Of a DNA stretch of 64,000 bases, positions 1 to 9,365 are shown one piece after another; the stretch's first letter is position 1, and every line of letters starts with the position of its first letter. Location of the stretch: positions 7,232,001-7,296,000 of the forward strand of contig OY759599.1 of NCBI GenBank assembly GCA_963662465.1, given 5' to 3'. The position numbers were made by a program, and so were the translations under genes. Under the pieces are notes generated by a model, which saw nothing but the letters and a program-made list of their open reading frames with translations, did no database searches and was not told the DNA's origin. Source of the stretch: Desulfatiglandales bacterium (GTDB taxonomy: Bacteria > Desulfobacterota > DSM-4660 > Desulfatiglandales > Desulfatiglandaceae).

Positions 1-541
1 TGGGCCAGATGGAAGGCGTTGAGGCCAGAAGCATTTTCTGATCGTCCAGAAATTTTGCTAAGCTTTCATTGTTTTGCCGGCTTAAGTCTATTTCACTTTC
101 AAGATTATCCAAGGATTGGTGCATGTTGCGAACCAGCTTGCGGTCGGCTTTACGAAGGTTTTCCTTGGGATTGAGCAGAATGGCGTCCGAACCGCCCATG
201 CCCCTGAATTTTCCCGCATCTTCCGCGCCCACCTGGTCTGCAAGCGCTTTTAGATTTTTTTCCTGCTTTTTCAGTTCGCCTATGTCTCGGGTGACGGCAT
301 CAATACGATTCGCCATCAGGATGAGCTGTTTTTGCTGAAGCGCGTTTTTCGCTTCCAGCATGGCCATATGAGGCACTTTTGCTTTAAGGGACAGGTAGTC
401 CTTCATGATCCCGAGACCGAAAAAGAATACGCCAGCCAAGAGAAGAATGGCAAAAATAGGGAGTATTTTCGGGAGCTTGAATTGTTTAACCCTGCTGGAA
501 CCTTCCGGAACCAGCAATACCGTGAACTTTTTAGAGAACAA
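1..541 (-). CDS. M23 family metallopeptidase, N-terminal part (runs off window start)
   Basis: Not in the ORF track; manual translation from TTG 541: N-terminal TM segment, coiled coil, ending ...LLASTPSIWP, the motif that typically precedes an M23 peptidase domain. Confidence 0.7.
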   Translation of the reverse strand, partial: MFSKKFTVLLVPEGSSRVKQFKLPKILPIFAILLLAGVFFFGLGIMKDYLSLKAKVPHMAMLEAKNALQQKQLILMANRIDAVTRDIGELKKQEKNLKALADQVGAEDAGKFRGMGGSDAILLNPKENLRKADRKLVRNMHQSLDNLESEIDLSRQNNESLAKFLDDQKMLLASTPSIWP

Positions 542-669
542 AAAAACACTCCAGGTAGAGGGTAAAGTGTTAAGGAAACAAGCGATATCGACCACTCAAT
601 CTCGCTTGATAGCATACTCGTTTTTGACTGTCAACAGGGATTATTGCTAATTGGACCCCATAAACCTTT

Positions 670-1131
670 CTAATCCTGAAGTTCGGCCTTCATTTCCACT
701 ACCACATGCCCCCATCCGCCGCAGGCCGGGCCCACGTCGAAACAGCCGGTGCGGTTGAACATGATTTCGTTGGGGTCTCTGCCGTTCATGAGATTTTCGA
801 AAAAGGCATTGATCAACACCACCAGATTGGGCAGAAGAAATGCGCATATCCGTTTTGGGGCGTACTCGGTCAGAAGATTGCCCGAGGAATCAAATATCAG
901 ACGTTGTCCCACCACATGCCGGGAGTGACACCCCTTGGATTCCACGACGGTGGCGACCAGTCGATAGCGGGACGCTTTCAGGGCGTTGGCAAAAAGGCGC
1001 TGGTACTTTTCATTGTCGCTAATGCGCTTAAACTCATGATCTGGGAGTGCGAGTCGTTTCTGAATGATTTTTTCAAGTTGGGCCTTATCCATTTTTTTCT
1101 CCTTCATGGTTGTCATATTCGTACGCTTCAT
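670..1131 (-). CDS. Conserved Cys-containing hypothetical protein (TIGR04076-like)
   Basis: VVESKGCHSRHVVGQ...IC...C.D pattern; true start probably at an internal Met. Confidence 0.5.
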   Translation of the reverse strand: MKRTNMTTMKEKKMDKAQLEKIIQKRLALPDHEFKRISDNEKYQRLFANALKASRYRLVATVVESKGCHSRHVVGQRLIFDSSGNLLTEYAPKRICAFLLPNLVVLINAFFENLMNGRDPNEIMFNRTGCFDVGPACGGWGHVVVEMKAELQD

Positions 1132-1277
1132 GGCTCGTCAAAGCGATCAGGTCCCTTTGGTCCTCGAAAATGTCTTCTCTGCCACAGGAAGCGTAAAAGC
1201 TCATTAACGTCAGGAATAAAAGGCGTCGTTTTATTAAACTGAATTTCATAGTAAAAAATTCCCGTAAAATCCATTAA

Positions 1278-3059
1278 TCATAAATCCGGCAACTTCCTCA
1301 ACCCCACGTGCGCCAGCAACTCATTGAAATCATGAACGTTCGACCAGAGAACACCTTCATCCTCAGCCAGTTTCTCCGCTTCGGGCGTCAATCCTTCACA
1401 GGCGAACAGCCAGGCGGTCATGGTGATGGCATCCAGATCTTTGCGTACCACTTCCCTTTGCGCCATCAATTCTTTTACGGCCGAAGGCCCCACTTTCTTT
1501 CCCTTGACCCATTTGCTTTGACAAACCCAGTTGTACCCGCCGCCGGCCCCCACCACATCGATCTCCCGACCTTTTCCGGAACCGAGTGTCATGCGGTGGC
1601 GTACAAAGATGAACCGGGGAAAAGACACATTCTCGGGTGAATGAAAAAAATGCCCCGGAAGGGTCTTGTCCTGGGCTGCCCACAGGACCTGGGCCATGAA
1701 GACTTCCGCCAGATATCCCTTGTATTCGCTGAACCGGCGCTTCTGCTTCCGGTAGCGGGTAATCAGTTCATTTTGAACAGTAGCCGCGTCCTTTGCATCT
1801 ACCTCGATTCGGCCCCATACTTTCAAGAATTCCAACAGAATAGGGTCGCGAACTTTGCGGAACCAACCTCCAAACTCCATGTATTCCAGCAGGTCCCCAC
1901 GGGAAAGCTTGATCAGGACATCCCGAATTTCTTCCATGGGGACATCCACACCCTCCCGCTTTTGTACCTCCTGCTGAATGCGTGTCAGATCCAGACGGTT
2001 TCCTTCTTCCAAAGCGGAAAGGTAGAGAACGGCCTTGGTAATGCCGGAACTGTTGATCCGCTCTATCCACCGATTTACCTGATCGCTCAATTCCCCCCAG
2101 ATAAACCCGGAGGAGAGGTCCACTGCCAGAAAATTATTCAGATCCTTTTCGGAATGGATCGGTTTTTGCTGTTTGGCCGCTTGATTCAGTATAGCGCTTA
2201 TATAGAAAGGGTTTCCACCACAGCGTTCCGCGACCACCGAAGCCATCTCTTCCGGGATAATGGCTCCCCGATATGCTGCCGATTTTAAGGCCAGTTCAGT
2301 GCCCCAGTAAGCCGTCATGGCCTCGATGGGATGGCTTTCGAAGCGCCCGAACAAGGCGCCCCTGCCCAGAATCTCCCGGGCCAGGATGCTCATTGCCGAT
2401 CCGGTCACAAAATGCGGGCAGGTGGGGGATTCCACAGCCTGCTGCATCCAGCCGACGATATCAAAGCTGTATTGGGGCAAACGTGTATTTTGAAATTCGT
2501 CCAGGAACATGACAATGCTGGTTTCGTCCCAGTCGGAAACGCCTCTGGGCAACATTACTGCCTGTTCTTCCGGAATGACCACAACTTTTCTTCGGATACC
2601 ATCATGAAGGTTGAATGCGCCTTTAAGACCGTCTGTCATCTCTATCCGGTTTAATGCGATTTCCTTCAGGTCTTCAAACAGGGTCTTCCGTTCCGAAATG
2701 AGGCCAGGCTCACCCACCCGAAAGGCCACATACCATCGAATAAAGTTCTCCACATATCGAAGACTGAAATCCCACCGATCCACCACTGTATCCGGAAAGC
2801 TGAAATAGACCGGTACTACGCTGTGATCCAAATCCGCGGGATTTTCCTGCTCAAAAAACAACCGGTTGACCACCCGTTTGAAGATCTCGGTCTTGCCCAT
2901 GCGACGCTGTCCTAACAAAACCGTGGACATGCTTCGTCGGGTGATGGTTTCCAGGGCGGCCCGGTAGAGATAATCCAGGTATTCCTCCCGGTCTGTGTAT
3001 ACCGCTTCCGGCACCAGGGGCCGGATGGCCCATTGGGAATCTCTCTGCCTTTTTGTCAC
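1278..3059 (-). CDS. P-loop ATPase with C-terminal PD-(D/E)XK/Mrr-like nuclease domain (paralog 1)
   Basis: Walker A GQRRMGKT, Walker B VMFLDEFQ, GGNPFY helical motif, C-terminal EIDVV...CQSKW. Confidence 0.75.
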   Translation of the reverse strand: MTKRQRDSQWAIRPLVPEAVYTDREEYLDYLYRAALETITRRSMSTVLLGQRRMGKTEIFKRVVNRLFFEQENPADLDHSVVPVYFSFPDTVVDRWDFSLRYVENFIRWYVAFRVGEPGLISERKTLFEDLKEIALNRIEMTDGLKGAFNLHDGIRRKVVVIPEEQAVMLPRGVSDWDETSIVMFLDEFQNTRLPQYSFDIVGWMQQAVESPTCPHFVTGSAMSILAREILGRGALFGRFESHPIEAMTAYWGTELALKSAAYRGAIIPEEMASVVAERCGGNPFYISAILNQAAKQQKPIHSEKDLNNFLAVDLSSGFIWGELSDQVNRWIERINSSGITKAVLYLSALEEGNRLDLTRIQQEVQKREGVDVPMEEIRDVLIKLSRGDLLEYMEFGGWFRKVRDPILLEFLKVWGRIEVDAKDAATVQNELITRYRKQKRRFSEYKGYLAEVFMAQVLWAAQDKTLPGHFFHSPENVSFPRFIFVRHRMTLGSGKGREIDVVGAGGGYNWVCQSKWVKGKKVGPSAVKELMAQREVVRKDLDAITMTAWLFACEGLTPEAEKLAEDEGVLWSNVHDFNELLAHVGLRKLPDL

Positions 3060-3123
3060 GGCTTTTCCTCAGATGCTGAATAATCTTTTAAATTCAGACC
3101 TCGTTAGGATGAATAAATATTCG

Positions 3124-3465
3124 TTAGTCCGCATCTATTACGGCTTTGATGGCTGTTTTTATCTCACCTAATACGCTTGACGACACAGATCCGGTCTTCC
3201 TCAAAAAGCGTTTTGTAGATACGGACCTGATTTGAAAGGCGTCAATGGCAGATGACTTCATAAGTTTATTTTCGTTGTCCGGTTCTATTCGTACCAGCCA
3301 TATGGCCCCCTGAAATCGATCCTTCCATTCCGTTATGGGGACAATGACTTTGAGCGGTAGGATTCCGATAACATCGTCGTTTACAATTACTGCGGGCTGT
3401 TTCTTCTTGATTTCGGCCCCGACGGTCGGGCTTAGGTTGATTTCCCATATTTCGCCCTGTCTCAC
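3124..3465 (-). CDS. mazF: PemK/MazF family toxin
   Basis: GEIWEINLSPTVGAEIKKKQPAVIV and QIRSVS..R signatures. Confidence 0.9.
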   Translation of the reverse strand: MRQGEIWEINLSPTVGAEIKKKQPAVIVNDDVIGILPLKVIVPITEWKDRFQGAIWLVRIEPDNENKLMKSSAIDAFQIRSVSTKRFLRKTGSVSSSVLGEIKTAIKAVIDAD

Positions 3466-3713
3466 AGGAAACCCTCGCTATCTAAATCAGGAAATCCCGC
3501 TAATGCTTTATCTGTTGCATAATCAGAAGCGAGTTCTTTCGCTTTTTTTGCCATTTGTGTTTTTCGCTGAATTGTTTTCAGTTCCCTGATATAGCGGGCG
3601 AGGGCCTCACGTACGATACTGCTCTGATCCGCAAAGCCCCACTGTCTGTAATTCTCAAGGAATTGCTTCTGTTCCAAGCTGATGGAAATTTTTTTTTGTG
3701 TCAAAGTTGTCAT
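3462..3713 (-). CDS. Putative ribbon-helix-helix antitoxin
   Basis: KKISISL...SSIVREAL; 4-nt overlap with mazF; ATG 3713 chosen. Confidence 0.7.
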   Translation of the reverse strand: MTTLTQKKISISLEQKQFLENYRQWGFADQSSIVREALARYIRELKTIQRKTQMAKKAKELASDYATDKALAGFPDLDSEGFL

Positions 3714-3984
3714 ATTGCCCCCCCCAGGATCGCATATTGGAGCCAACACGGTACCCTAATGCAAGATCCAAAGTCAAGAAAATGCCTGCCGTTCCAGGTT
3801 TGGGAATCACATCCTCAAAAGAGACGACATTCTCATGGCTGAATTGTTTAGATTGTGGCCGCATTCCATTTGATTTTCTTGACTCTTTCATCTCATACCG
3901 GTAGCATTTTCATGCTTTGTTATTTCCGAAAATAACACGGGTTAAGGTAATTGCGAAAATGTTAAAAAGAGGGCCCATTTGTTG

Positions 3985-4206
3985 ATGGAACATCGACATA
4001 TCAATGTAAAGGATAACGAATGGGGTGTGGCGGTGATCCATTCCATATGGGAAAGGGGTTCCGAAGCGGATATTTGCGAGCTCATCCGGGAAGTGAAAAA
4101 GAACCCAAAGGCCGCCGATGCCGTGAGAAGGGCCATTCCCCACTCACAGACCTATGCTTGGCCAAAGTTTTTCAGGATGTTTCTGGAGAAAATCGATGAA
4201 AAATAA
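3985..4206 (+). CDS. Small hypothetical protein, putative antitoxin partner of the downstream nucleotidyltransferase
   Basis: 73 aa, IHSIWERGS..D motif, overlaps next gene. Confidence 0.55.
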   Translation: MEHRHINVKDNEWGVAVIHSIWERGSEADICELIREVKKNPKAADAVRRAIPHSQTYAWPKFFRMFLEKIDEK

Positions 4207-4900
4207 AGATGATGGCTACTGGCAGCAGTGGCAAAAACTGTTGGAGGCAGCTGCCAATATTCAAGGGCTTCTTCCGGGCGCTGTCTTAATTGGTGGGAGC
4301 GCTGCCGCCATTCATCTCAAACATCGGTACTCATTCGATGCGGATCATATCCTTGAAGATCTCAGGGAAAAGTATGAGGCGGTTCTTGATTTTCTGGAAG
4401 GCAGAGACGATTGGGAAACAGCCCGTATTTATCCACCGAAGCTGATTCTGGGGAATTTCCAGGGGGTTGAAACCGGAATTCGCCAGTTGATGCGGCGCCG
4501 TCCGCTGGAAACAGCGCAGGTTGCCATTGGGGGGGGCAAATTCATTAAGTTGCCTACCCTTTCCGAAATGCTGAGGACCAAGGCTTGGATGATCATTTCT
4601 CGTAATGCAACGCGAGACTATATTGATTTCGCGGCCCTGGCCGAGCATATGGGAGTGGAAACCGCCATCCATGCGCTCAGTGATTTTAATGCCTATTATT
4701 CAGATCTCATAAGGGGTGAAAAGGCATCACCTATTGTTCAGCTGGTTCGTCAACTGGCGGAACCGGCGCCGGGCGACCTCGATCAAATTGCGTTGAGGCA
4801 ATACAAAGGGATACACCCCCCCTTTGATTCCTGGGCGCACATCGTTGGAATTTGCGAAACGATATCAGTGGGTTTGGGTGACAGTCTGGCTGAAGCTTAG
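4196..4900 (+). CDS. Nucleotidyltransferase, AbiEii/type IV toxin-like
   Basis: LIGGSAA...HRYSFDADH and K...I.SRNATRDYID motifs. Confidence 0.75.
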   Translation: MKNKDDGYWQQWQKLLEAAANIQGLLPGAVLIGGSAAAIHLKHRYSFDADHILEDLREKYEAVLDFLEGRDDWETARIYPPKLILGNFQGVETGIRQLMRRRPLETAQVAIGGGKFIKLPTLSEMLRTKAWMIISRNATRDYIDFAALAEHMGVETAIHALSDFNAYYSDLIRGEKASPIVQLVRQLAEPAPGDLDQIALRQYKGIHPPFDSWAHIVGICETISVGLGDSLAEA

Positions 4901-4932
4901 AGATTCCATGGAATAAAGAAACCGGAGGTAAT

Positions 4933-5517
4933 ATGATCGACGTTTTTCCAGGCATTGAAGGCCTGATTTTTGATTGTGACGGAACCCTGGCGGATACCAT
5001 GCGCATCCATACGGAGGCATGGCAGGAGACCCTCAAAAGCTACGGCGGCCATTGCCCGGTTGAATTCCTGGAGCCGCTCAGGGGAATGCCGGCGGAAGAA
5101 ATCGTGATCCGGTTTAACCTGACCTACGGTACGGCGCTTGACCCGAAAGAAGTGGCGGAAGCCAAGAATAAAATCAGCCATGAAAGGTTGAAATTTTCAA
5201 AGCCCATTGTGCCGGTGGCCAGGATAGCCATTGACTATCAAAACAAATTGCCCATGGCCGTGGTTTCGGGGGGGACGCGAAAGAATGTGCTTCGGACCCT
5301 GAAAGCCATTGGTATGGCGGATTTCTTCAAGGCGGTGATTACCGCGGACGATGGGTTAAAGCCCAAACCCGAACCCCACATGTTTGTTGAGGCCGCCAAA
5401 CGCATGGATGTGGCGCCAAGGCTTTGCGAAGTGTTTGAGGATGGCGATCTGGGGTTGCGGGCGGCCCGAAGCGCGGGCATGCGGGCCGTGGATGTGAGGC
5501 CTCATTTGAATCTCTGA
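4933..5517 (+). CDS. HAD family phosphatase (beta-PGM/YqaB-like)
   Basis: FDCDGTLADT, KPKPEP, FEDGDLG motifs. Confidence 0.9.
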   Translation: MIDVFPGIEGLIFDCDGTLADTMRIHTEAWQETLKSYGGHCPVEFLEPLRGMPAEEIVIRFNLTYGTALDPKEVAEAKNKISHERLKFSKPIVPVARIAIDYQNKLPMAVVSGGTRKNVLRTLKAIGMADFFKAVITADDGLKPKPEPHMFVEAAKRMDVAPRLCEVFEDGDLGLRAARSAGMRAVDVRPHLNL

Positions 5518-5733
5518 TTTATTTTGCCTGAGATGGCGTTGTTCAGGTGGGGGCAATCCCAGCTTTTGGACATCCTTTGGCGATATTTTTCTCACTACCT
5601 TCGTTCCATCATTTCCTTGACATGCCGGACGAAAAGTCACTATACTTTTCTCCGGGTTGCAAACCGAAGCCCTGAATCAAGCGGCACTCTTCCAATAATC
5701 TCAAACCCGATCAACCCAAAAGAAAGGGCAAAC

Positions 5734-7383
5734 ATGGACCATTCAAACCTTTTTAGAAAAGTGCAATTGGCCGTGGGTTGGTGTCTTATGGCTTCTTTGT
5801 GGATGATTTTGCTTCCGCGGACTTCCTTTGCGGTCGAGGAAAGGCGGACCGCCCTGATCATCGGAAACAGCGGTTACGAATCTTCCTATCTGGCCAACCC
5901 CGTGAATGACGCCGAAGACATCGCCAAAAAGCTTCAAGGATGCGGGTTTACGGTGTTCAAGGAAACCGACGCGGACCGCTCCCACATGCGGCGGGCCATT
6001 CGGAAATTCGGCGATGCCATCAACCGGGAGGGTGGGGTAGGGCTGTTCTATTATGCCGGGCACGGCGTTCAGGTGAACGGAGAGAACTATCTGGTGCCCA
6101 TCGGCTCCCATGTGGACAGCGAAGACGAGGTGGAAGATCAGTGCCTCAAGGTGTCGTCGGTTCTGCGAAAAATGGAAACCGCCGGGAATCGTCTTAACAT
6201 CATTGTTCTGGATGCCTGCCGCAATAACCCTTTTGCCCGGAGTTACCGGTCCACGCAAAAGGGACTGGCGCGAATGGATGCGCCCACGGGATCCATCCTG
6301 GCCTATTCAACGGCGCCGGGGTCCGTTGCCGCGGACGGCGCCGGTAAAAACGGTCTTTATACGGCCATGCTTTTAAAATTCCTGGATCAGCCGGGCATTG
6401 AAATCGGAAAGCTGTTCAGGTTGGTGCGTATTGAGGTATTACATGAATCCGCCAAAAAACAGGTGCCCTGGGAGTCGTCCTCTTTGACCGGGGAGTTTTA
6501 TTTTGTTCCGGGGAAAGGATTGAGCGTGGTTTCCTTGCCGTCTGAATTTCGTCCTCCCGAGAAACCTGGACTGGTGATCCCTACATCCAATCGGCATCCG
6601 GGAACCTCATCCGGCAAACCCATTGAACAGCCCAAATTGATCGTTCTGATTGAAGAAAACTACAGCGGTTTCGAGTTGAAAGACATGCGCCTGGCGGAAA
6701 CCGAGATGATAAGCCTGCTGCGTGAAAAGGGATTTGAAATTGTCGATCAAAATCAGTTGGCGGCGGCCAACCAGCAGGATCAGGCCAAACAGGTTCTGGC
6801 GGGCAATCTCAATGCGGCCAAGGCCATGGGGTTGCTGTTTGGGGCTCCGTATATCATTCTTGGGAAAGCGGCGGTTCAAAACAGCGGCGAAGCCATCCCC
6901 GACAGTGGTTTCAATTCGCTTCATGCCAGCCTTCAGGTGAAGATCCTTCAGTGCCAGTCGGGGCGCATTCTGGGTTCCGTGGTCAAGCAGGGGGTTGCGG
7001 CCCATATCAGCCCCCTGGCCGGGGCCACAGCCGCTTTGCAGAAGGTTTCCAAAAAAGCCGTGAATGGTTATCTGGAGGACAAAATAAAGGCGTCATTTCA
7101 GGATTTCGAGGAAAAGGGTTTGCCGCTGAAGGTTCATGTGGCAGGCATTACATCCTACAGCCAGTACAAGGAGATTGTGGATTTCCTGGAATCCCTTCGA
7201 AACGTGGAATCCTGCCGAAAAGAGGGCTGGAACCGCGCCGGGGGCTTGCTGGTGCTGGACTTGCGGTACAGGGGAAACAGCGAGTCCCTGGCGGATGCGG
7301 TGGATCGGCAAAAGATCGAAAAAGGAAACTTGATGGTGGATGATATTGCACCTGAAAAGCTGGATTTGTCGCTTAAGATGTGA
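5734..7383 (+). CDS. Secreted caspase-like (peptidase C14) protein with C-terminal alpha/beta domain
   Basis: Signal-peptide-like N-terminus from ATG 5734; ALIIGN..Y, YYAGHG and LDACRNNP catalytic dyad motifs. Confidence 0.85.
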   Translation: MDHSNLFRKVQLAVGWCLMASLWMILLPRTSFAVEERRTALIIGNSGYESSYLANPVNDAEDIAKKLQGCGFTVFKETDADRSHMRRAIRKFGDAINREGGVGLFYYAGHGVQVNGENYLVPIGSHVDSEDEVEDQCLKVSSVLRKMETAGNRLNIIVLDACRNNPFARSYRSTQKGLARMDAPTGSILAYSTAPGSVAADGAGKNGLYTAMLLKFLDQPGIEIGKLFRLVRIEVLHESAKKQVPWESSSLTGEFYFVPGKGLSVVSLPSEFRPPEKPGLVIPTSNRHPGTSSGKPIEQPKLIVLIEENYSGFELKDMRLAETEMISLLREKGFEIVDQNQLAAANQQDQAKQVLAGNLNAAKAMGLLFGAPYIILGKAAVQNSGEAIPDSGFNSLHASLQVKILQCQSGRILGSVVKQGVAAHISPLAGATAALQKVSKKAVNGYLEDKIKASFQDFEEKGLPLKVHVAGITSYSQYKEIVDFLESLRNVESCRKEGWNRAGGLLVLDLRYRGNSESLADAVDRQKIEKGNLMVDDIAPEKLDLSLKM

Positions 7384-7409
7384 CGAAAAGATGTTGGGCG
7401 GTGTATGGG

Positions 7410-7455
7410 TTGATTAGGGGGGGGGGGGGAGAATGTAACCAAAAATCAGTATAAA
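7410..7455 (+). promoter_or_regulatory. Putative promoter containing a G13 homopolymer
   Basis: TTGATT 7410-7415, G13 7417-7429, TGTAAC 7434-7439, alternative -10 TATAAA 7450-7455, upstream of ATG 7475. Confidence 0.4.
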
Positions 7456-7474
7456 CGTTTGAAAGGCCGCCAAT

Positions 7475-9256
7475 ATGAAAAACAATTGCAAGCCATCCCC
7501 GTGGGCCATCCGGCCCCTGGTTCCGGAAGAGATTTATACAGACCGTCGGGAATATCTGGATTATCTGCATGAAGCCGCACTGAAAGCCATCCGCCGAAGA
7601 ACCATGTCAACCGTCCTTTTAGGCCAAAGACGCATGGGCAAGACCGAGATCTTTAAACGGGTGGTGAACCGGCTCTTTTTTGAACAGGATCATCCTGAGG
7701 ATCCAGACCAAAGCGTGGTGCCGGTCTATTTCAGTTTCCCGGACACGGTTCTTGATCGATGGGATTTCTGCATGCAGTATGCAGAGAATTTTGTGCGCTG
7801 GTACGCAGCATTCCGGTTGCGGGACACAAACCTTCTAAACGCAAAGGAAGTAAAGCGGGAAGACTTAAGAGATGTTATTGAATCCAGGCTGCAGGTCACC
7901 CGGGGGTTTGCTCTGGGACTCAATTTGCTGGATTTTCTGGATGAAAAGGCGGTCACCATACCGGAGCGGGAAACCCTCATCCTTCCTCGTGACGCCTCCG
8001 ACCGGGACGAATCCACCATCGTCATGTTCCTGGACGAATTCCAGAACACCCGCCTGCCCCAGTACGATTTTGACATTGTGGGCTGGATGCAGGAGGCTGT
8101 GGAATCTCCCACCTGTCCTCATTTTGTGACAGGCTCCGCCATGAGTATTCTGGGAAGGGAAATTCTGGGTCGGGGGGCGCTGTTCGGTCGGTTCAGGAGC
8201 AAGCCCATTTCCGCCATGACGGAATACTGGGGTGCGGAACTGGCCAACAAGGCCGCGGCCTATTGCGGGGCAGCGCTTTCAGCGAAAATGGCGCCCATTG
8301 TGGCCGAACGGTGCGGCGGAAATCCCTTTTACATCAATGCTCTCGTGGAACAGGCGGCTGAACAGGGAACGGTTCTTGATTCGGAAGACCAACTGAACAG
8401 AACCCTGGCTGTGGATCTTTCCTCCGGTTTTATTTGGGGGGAACTGAGTACCCAGGTAAATCGCTGGATCGAGCGGATTAACAAATCCGGTATTACCAAG
8501 AATATCCTCTATCTGTCAGCCCTTGAGGAAGGAGACAGTCTGGACCTGGCCCGGATTCAGGAAGCGGTGCAGCAGCGGGAAGGGCGGGATGTTTCCATTG
8601 AGGAAATCCGGGAGGTTTTGATTCGGCTGTCCCGTGGGGACCTGCTGGAATATATGGAACTGGGGGGCTGGTTTCGAAAGGTGAGCGACCCCGTCCTTCT
8701 CGCGTTCTTAAAGGTGTGGGGCCGGATTGAGGTGGACGGGCAGGACCCGCAAAAGGTGGAAGATGAGCTGATCAGCACCTATCGGAAACAGAAGCGGCGG
8801 TTTAGCGAATACAAGGGGTTCCTGGCAGAGGTGTTTATGGCCCAGGTGCTTTGGGCGGCTCAGAAGAAAACTTTGCCGGGGCGCTTTTTTCATTCCCAAA
8901 GCGATATTTTATTCCCCAGGTTTGTTTATGTTCGACATCGGGTTCGGATGAGTTCGGGTCAAGGCCGGGAGGTGGATGTGTTGGGGGCAGGCGGCGGTGA
9001 TCAATGGGTTTGCCAGAGCAAATGGACGAAGACGAAAAAGGTCGGCAAAGAAACCGTGAATGCCCTCTTGCGGCAAGTCGAGTGGGTTCGGGAGGATACG
9101 AATGCCATTACCGTGACCCCTTGGATTTTTGCCTATGCCGGCTTGACTGCTGAAGCGGAAGATTCCGCGGCATCCGAAGGGGTACTCTGGTCTGATTTGG
9201 CGGATTTTAACGGGTTGCTTGTGCATGTGGGGCTCAGATGTTTGCCGGAATTGTAA
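7475..9256 (+). CDS. P-loop ATPase with C-terminal PD-(D/E)XK/Mrr-like nuclease domain (paralog 2)
   Basis: Same length and motifs as 1278..3059, long identical peptide blocks. Confidence 0.75.
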   Translation: MKNNCKPSPWAIRPLVPEEIYTDRREYLDYLHEAALKAIRRRTMSTVLLGQRRMGKTEIFKRVVNRLFFEQDHPEDPDQSVVPVYFSFPDTVLDRWDFCMQYAENFVRWYAAFRLRDTNLLNAKEVKREDLRDVIESRLQVTRGFALGLNLLDFLDEKAVTIPERETLILPRDASDRDESTIVMFLDEFQNTRLPQYDFDIVGWMQEAVESPTCPHFVTGSAMSILGREILGRGALFGRFRSKPISAMTEYWGAELANKAAAYCGAALSAKMAPIVAERCGGNPFYINALVEQAAEQGTVLDSEDQLNRTLAVDLSSGFIWGELSTQVNRWIERINKSGITKNILYLSALEEGDSLDLARIQEAVQQREGRDVSIEEIREVLIRLSRGDLLEYMELGGWFRKVSDPVLLAFLKVWGRIEVDGQDPQKVEDELISTYRKQKRRFSEYKGFLAEVFMAQVLWAAQKKTLPGRFFHSQSDILFPRFVYVRHRVRMSSGQGREVDVLGAGGGDQWVCQSKWTKTKKVGKETVNALLRQVEWVREDTNAITVTPWIFAYAGLTAEAEDSAASEGVLWSDLADFNGLLVHVGLRCLPEL

Positions 9257-9283
9257 AGGTTAGGGGTGGTGGGGTCGGACCAG

Positions 9284-9361
9284 GATAAGCATTTGTTAAA
9301 CCGTCTGAAAAGTTAAAAAATGCACCCATTTTTTTGCTTAAGGGTTTGGGCATTGCTTATT
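9284..9361. terminator. Long imperfect hairpin between convergent genes
   Basis: ATAAGCA..AAACC / GGTTT..TGCTTAT outer arms and AAAAAATG / CATTTTTT inner arms. Confidence 0.4.
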
Positions 9362-9365
9362 CAGC

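Noticed and set aside
1278..9256. Invertible segment bounded by the ATPase paralogs
   Set aside because: No recombinase or short perfect inverted repeats; nucleotide similarity is visibly interrupted
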